DNA of 32,000 nucleotides from Synechococcus elongatus PCC 6301 (GCF_000010065.1 NC_006576.1:1770001-1802000); one strand, 5' to 3'. Positions 20,860 through 31,484 are shown, counted from the stretch's first letter. A program made the numbers and translations. The notes: generated by a model from the sequence alone, not told the origin.

Positions 20860-20956
20860 AGAAGCTCCTGGCAGAACAATCAGACAGTCTGTCTGTATCC
20901 AATTATGCCATCAATACTCCGGTAATTCCTGGGGGAATCTGAACATTCCTTAATGA

Positions 20957-22564
20957 TTAGTGAGTGCGGGCATAATGAACCAGTTGTCCTAATCGCTGTC
21001 GAAGGGTTTCGAGTCCCAAGCCCCGAGAAGCTGAGAGAAAAACGGCCTGCGGATATTCGGCTTGAGCGATTGCCAAGGTTTCACTGGTTGCTGCGTCGAT
21101 TTTATTAAAGGCCAACAAAATTGGGCCTGGCGTCACCGGCATTTCTCGCAAAATGCTCATGACTGACTGGATTTGGGCGTACCAAGCCGGGTGAGACAGA
21201 TCAACAAGGTGCAGCAGCGCATCCGCTTCTGTGACTTCTTCGAGGGTGGCACGGAAGGCGTCGACCAAGGGGGGCGGCAGCTCGTGAATAAAGCCCACCG
21301 TATCGGTCAGCAGGACCACGTCTGGTTCTGACCCTGGGTTGGCATTGAGTACCAGCCGTCGGGTGGTCGGGTCAAGGGTCGCAAACAGCTGGTCGGCTGC
21401 GTAGACCTCTGCTTGGGTGAGGATGTTGAGCAGCGTTGACTTGCCAGCATTGGTGTAGCCCACGATCGCGATCGAAGGTAGGGTCTGGCGATGTTGCCGC
21501 AGCCGCGATCGGTGCGCTTGCAGCTCTATGACTTGACGTTGCAGCCGCGTGATCCGGCGCTGAATCGCGCGGCGTTCCGTCTCCAGTTTGGTCTCGCCCG
21601 GCCCCCGGGTGCCGATGCCGCCGCCTAGGCGCGACAGCGCTTGGCCTTGCCCGGTCAGGCGTGGCAGTTTGTATTCCAACTGGGCTAGTTCGACCTGTAG
21701 TTTGCCTGCACCCGATTGGGCGCGCTGCGCAAAAATATCAAGAATCACCTCGGTACGATCGACGACCCGCAGGCCAATTTCCCGCTCAAGATTTCGAGCT
21801 TGGGCTGGGGAGAGATCGCGATCGAAAGCAACTAGATTGACCCCGAGGGTTTGAGCCGCCAGCGCCACTTCGGCGACTTTTCCCTCACCCACTACCGTTT
21901 GGGGATGGGGCCGCAGGCGTTTTTGCTGGAGGATGGAGGCAACTTCGCCACCCGCTGTTTCGACCAGTCGCTGCAGTTCCAACAACCCTTCTTGGAACCG
22001 GCAATCGCTAATGCCTTGCGTCTTGACACCAACGAGGAGAACGCGATCGCGTCCTTCGGCAACGGCTTGGCTAGTGAGTCCCCGCTGCAGCTCTCCCTCC
22101 AGCGCCTCGACAAATTCAACGCAGGGCTGCTGCGTGAGATCTTCTAAATCCAGCTCCGGCGACACCGTCCAGCGCTGGTCGGGGTGAGCCAGTAAATGAG
22201 CCAGATAGGTTTGAGCAACATAGCCAGTCGCTCCACCGCCTCGTCGGGTTTTGCCTTGGCGAGTCACGCAGAGCCAAATCAGGGCATCCAACCGCTGCAG
22301 CGCCATGGTGGTCAGTGCACCTTCATCCGGTGGCTCTGGACTGAGGCTCGTAGTTAGACAGCGTAACCCGCAGAGACGACCCGCCCCATAGCGCGGCAGT
22401 TCGACTGGCGGAATTCGGGTTTGGCGGACATTGCCGACGCCAACGCGGGTGACATGACCGCGGCGATCGAGGTAGACCGTGATGGGTTGTTCTATATCTG
22501 CACTGATCGCAGCCAGCCGTTCTGCAAATTCTGGAGTCGCCAAGCAATCGAGGCTGAGGCGCAC
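20957..22564 (-). CDS. hflX: GTPase HflX (coding frame appears to extend upstream to about 22636)
   Basis: TVVGEGKVAEVALAAQTLGVNLVAFDRDLSPAQARNLE, QLEYKLPRLTGQGQALSRLGGGIGTRGPGETKLE, GYTNAGKSTLLN, DTVGFIHELPP, NKID. Confidence 0.94.
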   Translation of the reverse strand: MRLSLDCLATPEFAERLAAISADIEQPITVYLDRRGHVTRVGVGNVRQTRIPPVELPRYGAGRLCGLRCLTTSLSPEPPDEGALTTMALQRLDALIWLCVTRQGKTRRGGGATGYVAQTYLAHLLAHPDQRWTVSPELDLEDLTQQPCVEFVEALEGELQRGLTSQAVAEGRDRVLLVGVKTQGISDCRFQEGLLELQRLVETAGGEVASILQQKRLRPHPQTVVGEGKVAEVALAAQTLGVNLVAFDRDLSPAQARNLEREIGLRVVDRTEVILDIFAQRAQSGAGKLQVELAQLEYKLPRLTGQGQALSRLGGGIGTRGPGETKLETERRAIQRRITRLQRQVIELQAHRSRLRQHRQTLPSIAIVGYTNAGKSTLLNILTQAEVYAADQLFATLDPTTRRLVLNANPGSEPDVVLLTDTVGFIHELPPPLVDAFRATLEEVTEADALLHLVDLSHPAWYAQIQSVMSILREMPVTPGPILLAFNKIDAATSETLAIAQAEYPQAVFLSASRGLGLETLRQRLGQLVHYARTH

Positions 22565-22712
22565 TTTGTACAGGCGATCGAGTTGCTTGAGCTGGCTGGG
22601 CTTGAGGCCTTTGAGGTTGCCGTAAATCGTCTCGATAGGACTGAAATCCGTTATAAAGCTACTCCAATTCTAGGAACTGGGGCGATCGCCTGTCGAATTC
22701 TTTTGCAAGAGA

Positions 22713-22934
22713 TTAAGCCGCCTCGGGGGTCGACTCATCGACAAACTCAAATTCGGCAAAGACTTCAGGGTCAACGTGACTCAGGCGACTTTGACCGGCA
22801 ACACGGTCTAATACAAACCCGCGATCGGCCATTTGTCGCAGCAGTTGCGCCGCTTCTTCCAAGCGCTCCGCCATTTGCACAATGCTTTGTGTATCTGCAG
22901 TTAGCGCCCGTTCTTCCCAGGTAAAGTACGGCAT
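22713..22934 (-). CDS. Small hypothetical protein (73 aa)
   Basis: ORF 22713-23063 with likely start at ATG 22934: MPYFTWEERALTADTQSIVQMAERLEEAAQLLRQMADRGFVLDRVAGQSRLSHVDPEVFAEFEFVDESTPEAA. Confidence 0.55.
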   Translation of the reverse strand: MPYFTWEERALTADTQSIVQMAERLEEAAQLLRQMADRGFVLDRVAGQSRLSHVDPEVFAEFEFVDESTPEAA

Positions 22935-23108
22935 GGCGATCGCCCTCTGGCAGGATTTGCCGTCAGTGTAGCGATTGGAATCTGAGTCTGCGGGCGATCG
23001 TGCAGATTCTGACCAAACTGCTCCGATCGCTCGGTTTTTCAATTCATGTTCCTGCGATCGCAAGAGTCAATCTGTTAGCGTTAGGGGAGTTTTCGCCCAG
23101 CCTGCGCA

Positions 23109-23942
23109 ATGAATCTCCTGACCAATTTGCTTGCGCCCGTTGAATCCCCCTCGGGGCCGCGCATCAAAAAACAGCGCCGGGGTGTTGAGATCAAGTCCAG
23201 CCGCGAAATTGACATCATGCGGCAGGCAGGCCGGATTGTGGCAACGGTGCTCAAGGAAGTGTCAGAGCGCGTTGAGCCGGGCATGACCACAGCAGACATT
23301 GATGCCTATGCCGAGCAACGCATTCGCGAGATGGGCGCAACGCCCAGTTTCAAGGGTTACCACGGGTTTCCCGCCTCGATCTGCGCCAGCGTCAACGACG
23401 AAGTGGTGCATGGCATTCCCAATTCGCGCAAAGTGATCCGCGAAGGCGATTTGCTGAAAGTGGATACAGGGGCCTTTTTCCAAGGCTTCCACGGAGACTC
23501 TTGCATCACGATCGCGGTGGGTAGAGTCTCGGCAGAAGCAGAAAAATTGCAGCGAGTGGCTGAAGAAGCGCTGTTCAAAGGGATTGAACAAGTCAAAGCA
23601 GGGGCGTATCTCCTCGATTTGGCCGGAGCCATTCAGGATCACGTCGAGGCGAATGGCTTCAGCATCGTCGAAGACTACACCGGCCATGGTGTCGGTCGGA
23701 ACCTTCACGAAGAACCGTCCGTCTTCAACTACCGGACCCGCAGCCTGCCGAATGTGAAATTGCGGGCTGGTATGACCCTCGCGATCGAGCCGATTCTCAA
23801 TGCGGGCTCCAAGCAGACTCGTACTCTACGCGATAAGTGGACGGTTGTTACCATCGACCGCTCATGGTCGGCTCAATGGGAACACACCGTGCTCGTAACC
23901 GAAGACGGCTACGAAATTCTTACCGATCGCACCAAAGTCTAA
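23109..23942 (+). CDS. map: Methionine aminopeptidase, type I
   Basis: [99 protein letters not shown]. Confidence 0.96.
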   Translation: MNLLTNLLAPVESPSGPRIKKQRRGVEIKSSREIDIMRQAGRIVATVLKEVSERVEPGMTTADIDAYAEQRIREMGATPSFKGYHGFPASICASVNDEVVHGIPNSRKVIREGDLLKVDTGAFFQGFHGDSCITIAVGRVSAEAEKLQRVAEEALFKGIEQVKAGAYLLDLAGAIQDHVEANGFSIVEDYTGHGVGRNLHEEPSVFNYRTRSLPNVKLRAGMTLAIEPILNAGSKQTRTLRDKWTVVTIDRSWSAQWEHTVLVTEDGYEILTDRTKV

Positions 23943-23966
23943 CCCTCTATCTTCTGCGAATCTGCA

Positions 23967-23989
23967 GCCCCAGCCCTTTTGGCTGGGGC
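23967..23989. terminator. Perfect 9-bp stem / 5-nt loop hairpin after map (no U-tract)
   Basis: GCCCCAGCC-CTTTT-GGCTGGGGC; positioned 24 nt after the map stop. Confidence 0.55.
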
Positions 23990-23996
23990 AAAAGAA

Positions 23997-24048
23997 ATTA
24001 ACCAGACCTTACACAGAGCTTAGGGTCGCCTTAATAGGCTGTTAAACT
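23997..24048 (+). promoter_or_regulatory. Candidate Pho-box array (SphR/PhoB-type) upstream of sphX
   Basis: Five octamers ATTAACCA, CTTACACA, CTTAGGGT, CTTAATAG, GTTAAACT starting at 23997, 24008, 24019, 24030, 24041: exact 11-bp period (8+3), matching the known cyanobacterial Pho-box layout. Confidence 0.8.
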
Positions 24049-24094
24049 TGCCTGCCTAGGATAAGCGTTGTGCCTTCCTCAAAGTAAGTTTTTC

Positions 24095-25108
24095 ATGACG
24101 ACCCTCAAGCCTGCACTGCGTCGTGCTGCTGTACTCCTGCCGATCGCTGCTGTCGCTTCGTCCCTTTTCCCTATCCAAGAGGCAAGCGCTCAGCGTGCAC
24201 TAGTGACTGCTGACGGTTCTAGCACTGTTTTCCCAATCTCCGAAGCAGTGGCTGAAGAGTTCCAAAAACGCAATAAAAACATCAACGTCACTGTCGGCGT
24301 CTCTGGTACTGGTGGTGGCTTTAAGCGTTTCTGCAACGGTGAAATTGACATCGCCAACGCTTCTCGCCCCATCAAGAAAGAAGAAGTTGAAGCTTGCCGT
24401 AAAAAGGGCATTCGCTACATCGAGCTGCCCGTCGCTTTTGATGCGTTGACGGTTGTAGTCAACAAGTCCAATCCAGTCAACAGCATCACCACTGCTGAGT
24501 TGGCGAAGATCTTTGGCCGCGATGCCGAGAAAAAAACAACCAACTGGCGTCAAGTCAAATCCAGCTTCCCCAATCTGCCTTTGAGAGTCTACGCACCGGG
24601 TACTGACTCGGGCACTTACGATTACTTCAACGAGGCAATCCTCAATAAGAAAGGAACTCGGGGCGACCTAACTGCCAGTGAGGATGACAACATTCTGGTG
24701 CAAGGGGTGTCGCGCGATCGCGGTGGTATTGGCTTCTTTGGTTTCTCCTACTACGAAGAGAACAAAGGTAAGCTCAAAGCACTTGCTGTTGTTAACAGCA
24801 ACGGCAAGGCTGTGATGCCTTCTGTCCAAAACGTGCTGAATGGCACTTACGACCCGCTGGCTCGCCCTGTCTTCATCTATGTCAGCGAGCAGGCAGCCAA
24901 AAAAGCAAACGTCAGATCGTTTGTGAACTTCTACCTGCAGAATGCAGGCAAGTTGTCGCGGGAAGTAGGATTTGTGCCGTTGCCAGCCAAAGCTTACACC
25001 GCTGCCACCCAGCGCTTCAGAAGCAACAAAACTGGCACGGTTTTTGCAGGCAAGAGCCTTGTCGGTGGTTCGATCGAAGACCTACTCAAAGCTGAAGGCA
25101 TCAACTGA
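24095..25108 (+). CDS. sphX: Phosphate-binding protein SphX (PstS family, non-lipoprotein)
   Basis: ORF 24068-25108, ATG at 24095; Sec-type signal with ASA cleavage; [58 protein letters not shown]. Confidence 0.92.
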   Translation: MTTLKPALRRAAVLLPIAAVASSLFPIQEASAQRALVTADGSSTVFPISEAVAEEFQKRNKNINVTVGVSGTGGGFKRFCNGEIDIANASRPIKKEEVEACRKKGIRYIELPVAFDALTVVVNKSNPVNSITTAELAKIFGRDAEKKTTNWRQVKSSFPNLPLRVYAPGTDSGTYDYFNEAILNKKGTRGDLTASEDDNILVQGVSRDRGGIGFFGFSYYEENKGKLKALAVVNSNGKAVMPSVQNVLNGTYDPLARPVFIYVSEQAAKKANVRSFVNFYLQNAGKLSREVGFVPLPAKAYTAATQRFRSNKTGTVFAGKSLVGGSIEDLLKAEGIN

Positions 25109-25387
25109 ATCTTGATGATTCCGATTTAGTTGTTGAGGCTAGTAGGTTGAGAAACTTCTCGATTTGCTAGCCTTTCCTCTGTCTAGAGAAGTGCTGTTCA
25201 ACTTATTATCGAAGCACTTTATTTCTAAAGTTAATGAGAAAATATTGAGGTAACAAGATTTATTTAAAGAGTATTAGAGAGTATTAAAAGTGTTGAGTTC
25301 TTGACCTTAACCGGATCTTTACTTGGGTAATGCGGAATCCAGCTATGCTTTCCTAGTGTGAGCTTTAGGTAATCAACGGTTAACGTC

Positions 25388-26401
25388 ATGGCTTCCCTAA
25401 AATTCCGACTGCTTGGCCTTGCAACGCTGGCAGTCTTGGCAACTACCGCTTGCAGCTCTGGTGAGCAACAATCAAGCGCTGGCGGTGGTTCTGCCCTCAG
25501 CGGAGACGTCAAAGTCGACGGCTCCAGCACCGTGTTTCCAATCGGGGAAGCTATGGCTGAAGAGTTCCAGAAAAGCAATGGTGATGTGCGTGTCACTGTA
25601 GGAGTTTCTGGTACTGGCGGCGGCTTCAAAAAGTTCTGTGCTGGCGAGACGGATATCTCCAATGCTTCTCGCCCCATCAAATCTTCCGAGATGGAGCTTT
25701 GCCAGAAAAATGGAATTGAATACGTCGAGTTGCCGGTTGCCTACGATGCTCTAAGTGTTGTTGTCAACAACGAAAATAACTTTGCGACCTGCTTGACCCC
25801 GGCTCAACTCAAGACGGCATGGGATGAGGCCGCAGAAGGGAAAATTTCGAATTGGAATCAGATCGATCCGAGCTTCCCTGATACGCCATTGGTTCTCTAT
25901 GGCCCTGGCACTGACTCTGGTACCTACGACTACTTCAAAGAAGCCGTCATCGGCGAAGATGGCACTCGCGGCGACTTCACTGCTTCTGAAGACGACAACA
26001 TCATCGTTCAAGGGGTCGAGCGGAGTCCCGGTGCCATGGGCTTCTTTGGTTTGGCTTACCTCGAAGAAAATGCTGGCAAGCTGAAAGCCCTCAATATCCA
26101 AAACTCGAAAGGCGACTGCGTTGCCCCCAGTGTTGAAACCACGCGGGATGGTAGCTACGAGCCCCTCTCGCGGCCGCTCTTTGTCTACATCGCCAAATCG
26201 GCTCTAGAGAAACCCCAAGTCCAAGCATTTGCCGAATACTTGGTGAACCCGGCCAACGGTAAGCTGGTAGCAGAAGCTGGCTACATTCAGTTGCCAGACG
26301 CTCTCTTACCCAAGGTGGTTGATCGTCTAAAGAATCAAACTACCGGTACCGTTTTTGGTGGCGGTAGCGATGTGGGTGTCAACCTTGCCGAAAAGCTCTA
26401 A
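25388..26401 (+). CDS. pstS: Phosphate ABC transporter substrate-binding lipoprotein PstS
   Basis: Lipobox-like TTAC in [15 protein letters not shown]; [59 protein letters not shown]. Confidence 0.94.
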   Translation: MASLKFRLLGLATLAVLATTACSSGEQQSSAGGGSALSGDVKVDGSSTVFPIGEAMAEEFQKSNGDVRVTVGVSGTGGGFKKFCAGETDISNASRPIKSSEMELCQKNGIEYVELPVAYDALSVVVNNENNFATCLTPAQLKTAWDEAAEGKISNWNQIDPSFPDTPLVLYGPGTDSGTYDYFKEAVIGEDGTRGDFTASEDDNIIVQGVERSPGAMGFFGLAYLEENAGKLKALNIQNSKGDCVAPSVETTRDGSYEPLSRPLFVYIAKSALEKPQVQAFAEYLVNPANGKLVAEAGYIQLPDALLPKVVDRLKNQTTGTVFGGGSDVGVNLAEKL

Positions 26402-26415
26402 ATAATGAGCCTTGA

Positions 26416-26447
26416 CGAGAAAGCTCGGGTTCCCGAGCTTTCTCGTT
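26416..26447 (+). terminator. Strong hairpin between pstS and pstC (attenuator / processing stem-loop)
   Basis: ACGAGAAAGCTCGGG-TT-CCCGAGCTTTCTCGT, 15-bp perfect inverted repeat, 15 nt after the pstS stop. Confidence 0.75.
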
Positions 26448-26486
26448 TGGATTGTGCGATCGCTAAATCCTTTGTTCCTCTGACTT

Positions 26487-27419
26487 ATGTCTGCTGCGGC
26501 CCCACCCTCAAGAGCCTCTTTGTTCAAGCCCAACCGTGAGCGCAACCGGCGCAACGAGTTGATCGTCAAGGCAATCTTTGGCATTTTCGCCTTTGTCTCA
26601 GTCTTGACGACATTGGGCATCGTTTTCACGCTGATCTTTGAAACCTACGAGTTTTTCAAAGAAATTCCGCTAATTCGTTTTCTGACAGAAACCCGCTGGA
26701 CGCCTCTTTTCCCAAGCGCTCAGTTTGGAATTGTAGTGCTCCTATCAGGAACCTTCTCGACTACTCTGATTGCTCTGCTGGTGGCAGTCCCCTTGGGGCT
26801 GCTGAGCGCTATCTGCCTAAGTGAGTACGCCACACCTCGGGCACGAAACCTGCTCAAGCCAGCCTTAGAAGTGATTGCTGGTGTCCCTAGCGTTGTCTTT
26901 GGCTACTTTGCTCTTCTCTTTGTGACGCCCTTGCTGCAATCCTTTATTCCTGGGTTGCAGGGGTTTAATACCCTCTCCGCTGGGATGGTTTTGGGGATTG
27001 CAATCACCCCGCTGGTCGCTTCACTCAGCGAGGACGCCATTTTTGCAGTGCCTAGCAGCATGCGCGAAGGGGCCTATGCCTTGGGTGCAACAAAGCGCGA
27101 AACCATTGTCTCCGTCGTTCTACCTGCTGCTTTGTCGGGAATTGTCGCCTCGATTGTCTTGGCGATCTCGCGCGCTGTCGGTGAGACGATGATTGTGGCG
27201 ATCGCGGCGGGCTTAACCCCAAATCTAACCCTCAACCCCCTAGAACCGGCCCAGACCATGACCTCCTTTATTGTGCAGGTCAGTTTGGGAGACACCCCAA
27301 CAGGTTCACTGGCCTACAAAACCATTTTTGCCGTGGGGATGACCCTGTTCTTGCTGACGCTCGTGCTCAACATCTTTAGCTACTGGTTCGTGCGTCGCTT
27401 CCAGGAGAAATACGAATAA
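26487..27419 (+). CDS. pstC: Phosphate ABC transporter permease PstC
   Basis: Membrane protein in pst order; LRFLTETRWTPLFP, VPLGLLSAICLSEYATPRARNLLKPALEVIAGVPSVVFGYFA, YALGATKRETIVSVVLPAALSGIVASIVLAISRAVGETMIV. Confidence 0.95.
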   Translation: MSAAAPPSRASLFKPNRERNRRNELIVKAIFGIFAFVSVLTTLGIVFTLIFETYEFFKEIPLIRFLTETRWTPLFPSAQFGIVVLLSGTFSTTLIALLVAVPLGLLSAICLSEYATPRARNLLKPALEVIAGVPSVVFGYFALLFVTPLLQSFIPGLQGFNTLSAGMVLGIAITPLVASLSEDAIFAVPSSMREGAYALGATKRETIVSVVLPAALSGIVASIVLAISRAVGETMIVAIAAGLTPNLTLNPLEPAQTMTSFIVQVSLGDTPTGSLAYKTIFAVGMTLFLLTLVLNIFSYWFVRRFQEKYE

Positions 27420-28330
27420 TGGCTGCCACAGTTCCCAACCAACCCGCAGCAGCGCCGGCTCGTCCCTTTCGGCCTCGCCTCGCCCATCGTTATCGTCTCG
27501 ACGCAGTGATGATGACGGCTGCTTGGACGGGTGTTGCGATCGCGCTGCTCGTCTTGCTGGCGTTGATCAGCGATGTCTTCCGCAGCGGCATTCCCTACCT
27601 CAATTGGGATTTCTTGACCAGCTTCCCCTCGCGTCGCCCCAGTAGTGCTGGGATTCTTTCCGCTTGGGTCGGAACCGTCTACTCGATCTTTTTGGTTGGC
27701 TTGATTGGTTTCCCCTTGGGTGTGGGTGCAGGGATTTACCTCGAGGAGTTTGCGCCAGACAACTGGTTTACCCGTCTGGTAGAAATCAACGTCAACAATT
27801 TGGCTGGCGTTCCTGCCATCATCTACGGTCTGCTGGGTCTAGAGCTGTTTGTGCGGATTGCCTCGCCGGTTACAGGCGGTCGCAGCTTGCTATCGGGTTC
27901 TTTGACGCTGGCGCTGCTGATCCTTCCGATTGTGATCGTTTCGACTCGGGAGTCACTGCGGGCTGTTCCTGACAGTACCCGTCAGGCAGGCTTTGCCCTT
28001 GGTGCTACCCGTTGGCAAGTCGTTCGTACGATCATCGTCCCAGAAGCGGCTTCGGGGATCTTGACCGGTACGATTCTGGGCATTTCCCGTGCGATCGGTG
28101 AAGCAGCTCCCCTGATTACGATTGGGGCGTTGACCTTCATTTCCTTCCTGCCCGACAACCTCCAAAGTCCCTTTACCGTCCTGCCAATTCAAATCTTTAA
28201 CTGGGTCTCTCGTCCCCAGGCTGAGTTCCAGAATTTGGCGGCGGCCGCGATCATCGTGTTGCTAGCGATTTTGCTAACCATGAACTCGATCGCGATCGTG
28301 ATTCGCAACAAGTTGCAAGTCAAACGCTAA
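27419..28330 (+). CDS. pstA: Phosphate ABC transporter permease PstA
   Basis: Overlaps pstC stop (TAATG); GVGAGIYLEEFAPDNWFTRLVEINVNNLAGVPAIIYGLLGLELFV, FALGATRWQVVRTIIVPEAASGILTGTILGISRAIGEAAPLI. Confidence 0.95.
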   Translation: MAATVPNQPAAAPARPFRPRLAHRYRLDAVMMTAAWTGVAIALLVLLALISDVFRSGIPYLNWDFLTSFPSRRPSSAGILSAWVGTVYSIFLVGLIGFPLGVGAGIYLEEFAPDNWFTRLVEINVNNLAGVPAIIYGLLGLELFVRIASPVTGGRSLLSGSLTLALLILPIVIVSTRESLRAVPDSTRQAGFALGATRWQVVRTIIVPEAASGILTGTILGISRAIGEAAPLITIGALTFISFLPDNLQSPFTVLPIQIFNWVSRPQAEFQNLAAAAIIVLLAILLTMNSIAIVIRNKLQVKR

Positions 28331-28377
28331 AGCTGTCTGTTCCACTGCCCCTAATTCTGTTGAATTCTTGCTGACTT

Positions 28378-29172
28378 ATGAGCCCCACTGCTGGTGAGAA
28401 CATTCTGCTAAAGGCCGAAGCCCTCTCGGTTTATTACGGCAATTCGCTTGCGGTCAAAGACGTCTACTTGGAAGTTCTCAAGAACAAGATCGTTGCCTTT
28501 ATCGGTCCATCGGGTTGCGGCAAGAGCACTATCCTTCGCTGCTTTAACCGGATGAACGACCTGATCAATGGCTGCCGTGTTCAGGGCCGAATCACCTTCC
28601 ACGATCAGGAAATCAACGACGGTCGTGTCGATGCTGTGGAACTGCGCAGCCGCATCGGCATGGTGTTCCAGAAACCCAACCCCTTCCCCAAGAGCATCTA
28701 CGAAAACATCGCTTATGGTGCCCGGATTAACGGCTACCAAGGCGATATGGATGAGCTGGTCGAAAAGTCGCTGCGTCAAGCGGCACTCTGGGATGAGGTC
28801 AAGGATAAGCTGAAAGATAGTGGTCTTGCCCTCTCGGGTGGTCAGCAGCAGCGGCTTTGCATTGCTCGTACCGTTGCTGTGCAGCCTGAGGTGATCTTGA
28901 TGGATGAGCCTTGCTCGGCACTCGACCCCATCTCGACCTTGGCGATCGAGGAGTTGATGCAGACTCTGAAAGAGCAGTACACGATCATCATCGTGACTCA
29001 CAACATGCAGCAGGCTTCTCGAACTTCGGACTACACCGCATTCTTCAATGCGCGGGCAACCGAAGGCGGCGGCAAGATGGGCTACCTGGTGGAATTCGAC
29101 ACCACCGAGAAAATCTTTGATAGCCCAGACCAAGAAGCGACGGCCGACTACGTCAGTGGCCGTTTCGGCTAA
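28378..29172 (+). CDS. pstB: Phosphate ABC transporter ATP-binding protein PstB
   Basis: [23 protein letters not shown] (Walker A), [51 protein letters not shown]. Confidence 0.97.
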   Translation: MSPTAGENILLKAEALSVYYGNSLAVKDVYLEVLKNKIVAFIGPSGCGKSTILRCFNRMNDLINGCRVQGRITFHDQEINDGRVDAVELRSRIGMVFQKPNPFPKSIYENIAYGARINGYQGDMDELVEKSLRQAALWDEVKDKLKDSGLALSGGQQQRLCIARTVAVQPEVILMDEPCSALDPISTLAIEELMQTLKEQYTIIIVTHNMQQASRTSDYTAFFNARATEGGGKMGYLVEFDTTEKIFDSPDQEATADYVSGRFG

Positions 29173-29198
29173 ACCCCTGAAGCCATCACCCTTTCTGT

Positions 29199-29231
29199 AA
29201 CCCGAGGCCAGTCCCAAGCGTCTCGGGTTTT
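29199..29231 (+). terminator. Probable rho-independent terminator after pstB
   Basis: AACCCGAG (29199-29206) pairs with CTCGGGTT (29222-29229) followed by TT. Confidence 0.6.
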
Positions 29232-29333
29232 GCTTTGCTGAGCTTGCATTTGGACTATCTGCGATCGCAATCAGTTGCCGTCTGCCGCTGCAGAGTGTCA
29301 GGATCGAAGACAGAAAAGACAAGGAAACACATA

Positions 29334-31484
29334 ATGCCACAACTCAGCAAGTCGTTGTCCTTTGATGGACGCGATATTCGGCTGGAGCTGGGCCTGTTCG
29401 CCCCACAGGCTGGAGGTTCCGTTCTGATTAGCTCAGGGGACACCGCCGTTTTGGTGGCTGCGACCCGTTCGACGGCACGGGAAGGGATTGATTTTCTGCC
29501 GTTGACTGTCGATTACGAAGAGCGGATGTATGCAGCCGGTCGCATTCCGGGCGGCTTTCTCCGCCGTGAAGGGCGTCCTCCTGAACGCGCAACCCTGACT
29601 AGCCGCTTGATCGATCGCCCGCTGCGTCCGCTGTTCCCCAGTTGGCTGCGGGATGATCTGCAGGTCGTGGCAACCACACTCTCGATGGACGAGACAGTTC
29701 CCCCCGACGTTCTGGCGGCGACTGGCGCTTCGATCGCTACCTTAGTTGCCAAAATTCCCTTCTACGGGCCAATGGCAGCGGTACGAGTAGGCTTAGTTGG
29801 CGATGATTTCATCATCAACCCCACCTACCGCGAGATTGAAAAAGGCGACCTTGACCTCGTAGTGGCTGGTACCCCCGCTGGGGTGATCATGGTCGAGGCT
29901 GGAGCTAACCAGCTGCCAGAAGCCGACGTGATCGAAGCGATCGACTTTGGCTATGAAGCCGTTCAAGAGTTGATTAAGGCTCAGCAGAGTCTGCTGGCGG
30001 AGTTGGGCATCGAGCAGATCCTGCCGGAAGCACCCAACGCCGACAATACCCTCGAGAACTTCGTCCGCGATCGCGCCAGTAGCGGTGTTCAGCAAGTGCT
30101 GCAGCACTTTAGCTTCACCAAGTCGGAGCGCGATGCAGCCTTAGATGAGGTTAAAGCCAGCGTCGTTGAAGCGATCGCTGCTCTGCCAGAAGAGGATCCG
30201 GTTCGTAGCGTCACTGCCGCAGAACCCAAAGCGCTGGGCAACACCTTCAAAGCCCTGACCAAAACCTTGATGCGTCAGCAAATCCTGCGCGATGGTGTTC
30301 GGGTCGATGGTCGGAAACTCGATCAGGTGCGGCCGATCTCCAGTCAGGTTGGCTTGCTGCCGCCGCGAGTCCATGGTTCTGGCCTGTTTCAGCGGGGTCT
30401 GACGCAGGTGCTGTCGATCGCGACTCTCGGCACGCCTGGGGATGCGCAAGAACTGGATGATCTGCATCCCGACACCCAGAAGCGCTACCTGCATCACTAC
30501 AACATGCCCCCCTATTCCGTTGGCGAAACGCGGCCGATGCGATCGCCCGGTCGGCGGGAAATTGGCCATGGCGCTTTGGCAGAGCGCGCGTTGCTTCCCG
30601 TGTTGCCGTCCAAGGAAGAATTCCCCTACGTGATTCGGGTGGTTTCCGAGGTGCTGTCCTCCAACGGCTCCACCTCGATGGGCTCCGTCTGCGGCTCGAC
30701 GCTGGCGCTGATGGATGCTGGCGTCCCCATCAAAAAGCCGGTCAGCGGCGCAGCCATGGGGCTGATCCGCGAAGGCGATGAGTACCGTGTCCTGACCGAC
30801 ATCCAAGGGATTGAAGACTTCTTGGGTGACATGGACTTTAAGGTAGCGGGCACCGATCAGGGCATTACGGCTCTGCAGATGGATATGAAAATCCATGGTC
30901 TGCCCTTAGAGATCATTGCGGATGCCATCAACCAGGCGAAGCCGGCGCGTTTGCACATCCTCAACAAGATGCTGGAAGCGATCGCCACGCCTCGGGCTGA
31001 CCTTTCGACCTATGCGCCCCGCCTGTTCCGGATTCAAATCAATCCTGAGCAAATTGGCTTGGTCATTGGTCCTGGTGGCAAAACAATCCGCTCTATCACT
31101 GAGCAAACTGGTGCCAAGATCGACATCGAAGATACGGGAGCCGTGACCATCTCGGCAGTCGATGCTGATTCGGCGCTGCGAGCGAAGTCGATCATCGAAG
31201 GCATGACCCGCACAATCACTGCCGGCGATGTCTACATCGGCAAAGTGACCCGCATCATCCCGATTGGAGCCTTTGTGGAGTTCCTGCCGGGCAAAGAAGG
31301 CATGATTCACATCTCGCAAATTGCCGATTATCGGGTGGCTCGTGTTGAAGATGAGCTGACGGTGGGCGATGAGGTCGTGGTCAAAGTCCGCGAGATTGAC
31401 CAAAAGGGTCGGGTTAACCTCACCCGTAAAGGGATTGATCCGGAGGAAGTCTCAGCAGCACGGGCGGCTGTCGAAGCGTCTTAG
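29334..31484 (+). CDS. pnp: Polyribonucleotide nucleotidyltransferase (PNPase)
   Basis: ORF 29235-31484, ATG at 29334 preceded by AAGGAAAC; [85 protein letters not shown] ([25 protein letters not shown]) and S1 domains. Confidence 0.97.
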   Translation: MPQLSKSLSFDGRDIRLELGLFAPQAGGSVLISSGDTAVLVAATRSTAREGIDFLPLTVDYEERMYAAGRIPGGFLRREGRPPERATLTSRLIDRPLRPLFPSWLRDDLQVVATTLSMDETVPPDVLAATGASIATLVAKIPFYGPMAAVRVGLVGDDFIINPTYREIEKGDLDLVVAGTPAGVIMVEAGANQLPEADVIEAIDFGYEAVQELIKAQQSLLAELGIEQILPEAPNADNTLENFVRDRASSGVQQVLQHFSFTKSERDAALDEVKASVVEAIAALPEEDPVRSVTAAEPKALGNTFKALTKTLMRQQILRDGVRVDGRKLDQVRPISSQVGLLPPRVHGSGLFQRGLTQVLSIATLGTPGDAQELDDLHPDTQKRYLHHYNMPPYSVGETRPMRSPGRREIGHGALAERALLPVLPSKEEFPYVIRVVSEVLSSNGSTSMGSVCGSTLALMDAGVPIKKPVSGAAMGLIREGDEYRVLTDIQGIEDFLGDMDFKVAGTDQGITALQMDMKIHGLPLEIIADAINQAKPARLHILNKMLEAIATPRADLSTYAPRLFRIQINPEQIGLVIGPGGKTIRSITEQTGAKIDIEDTGAVTISAVDADSALRAKSIIEGMTRTITAGDVYIGKVTRIIPIGAFVEFLPGKEGMIHISQIADYRVARVEDELTVGDEVVVKVREIDQKGRVNLTRKGIDPEEVSAARAAVEAS

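Noticed and set aside
20236-20925. 229-aa plus-strand ORF opposite the peroxiredoxin gene
   Set aside because: The sense strand encodes a clear 1-Cys peroxiredoxin; the antisense product is low-complexity and Arg/Val rich.
28408-29340. 310-aa minus-strand ORF opposite pstB
   Set aside because: Antisense to an unmistakable PstB with Walker A/B and signature motifs; typical shadow ORF in GC-biased coding DNA, with no recognisable domain.
30141-30896. 251-aa minus-strand ORF opposite pnp
   Set aside because: Fully inside pnp, no recognisable domain, explained by codon bias of the sense gene.
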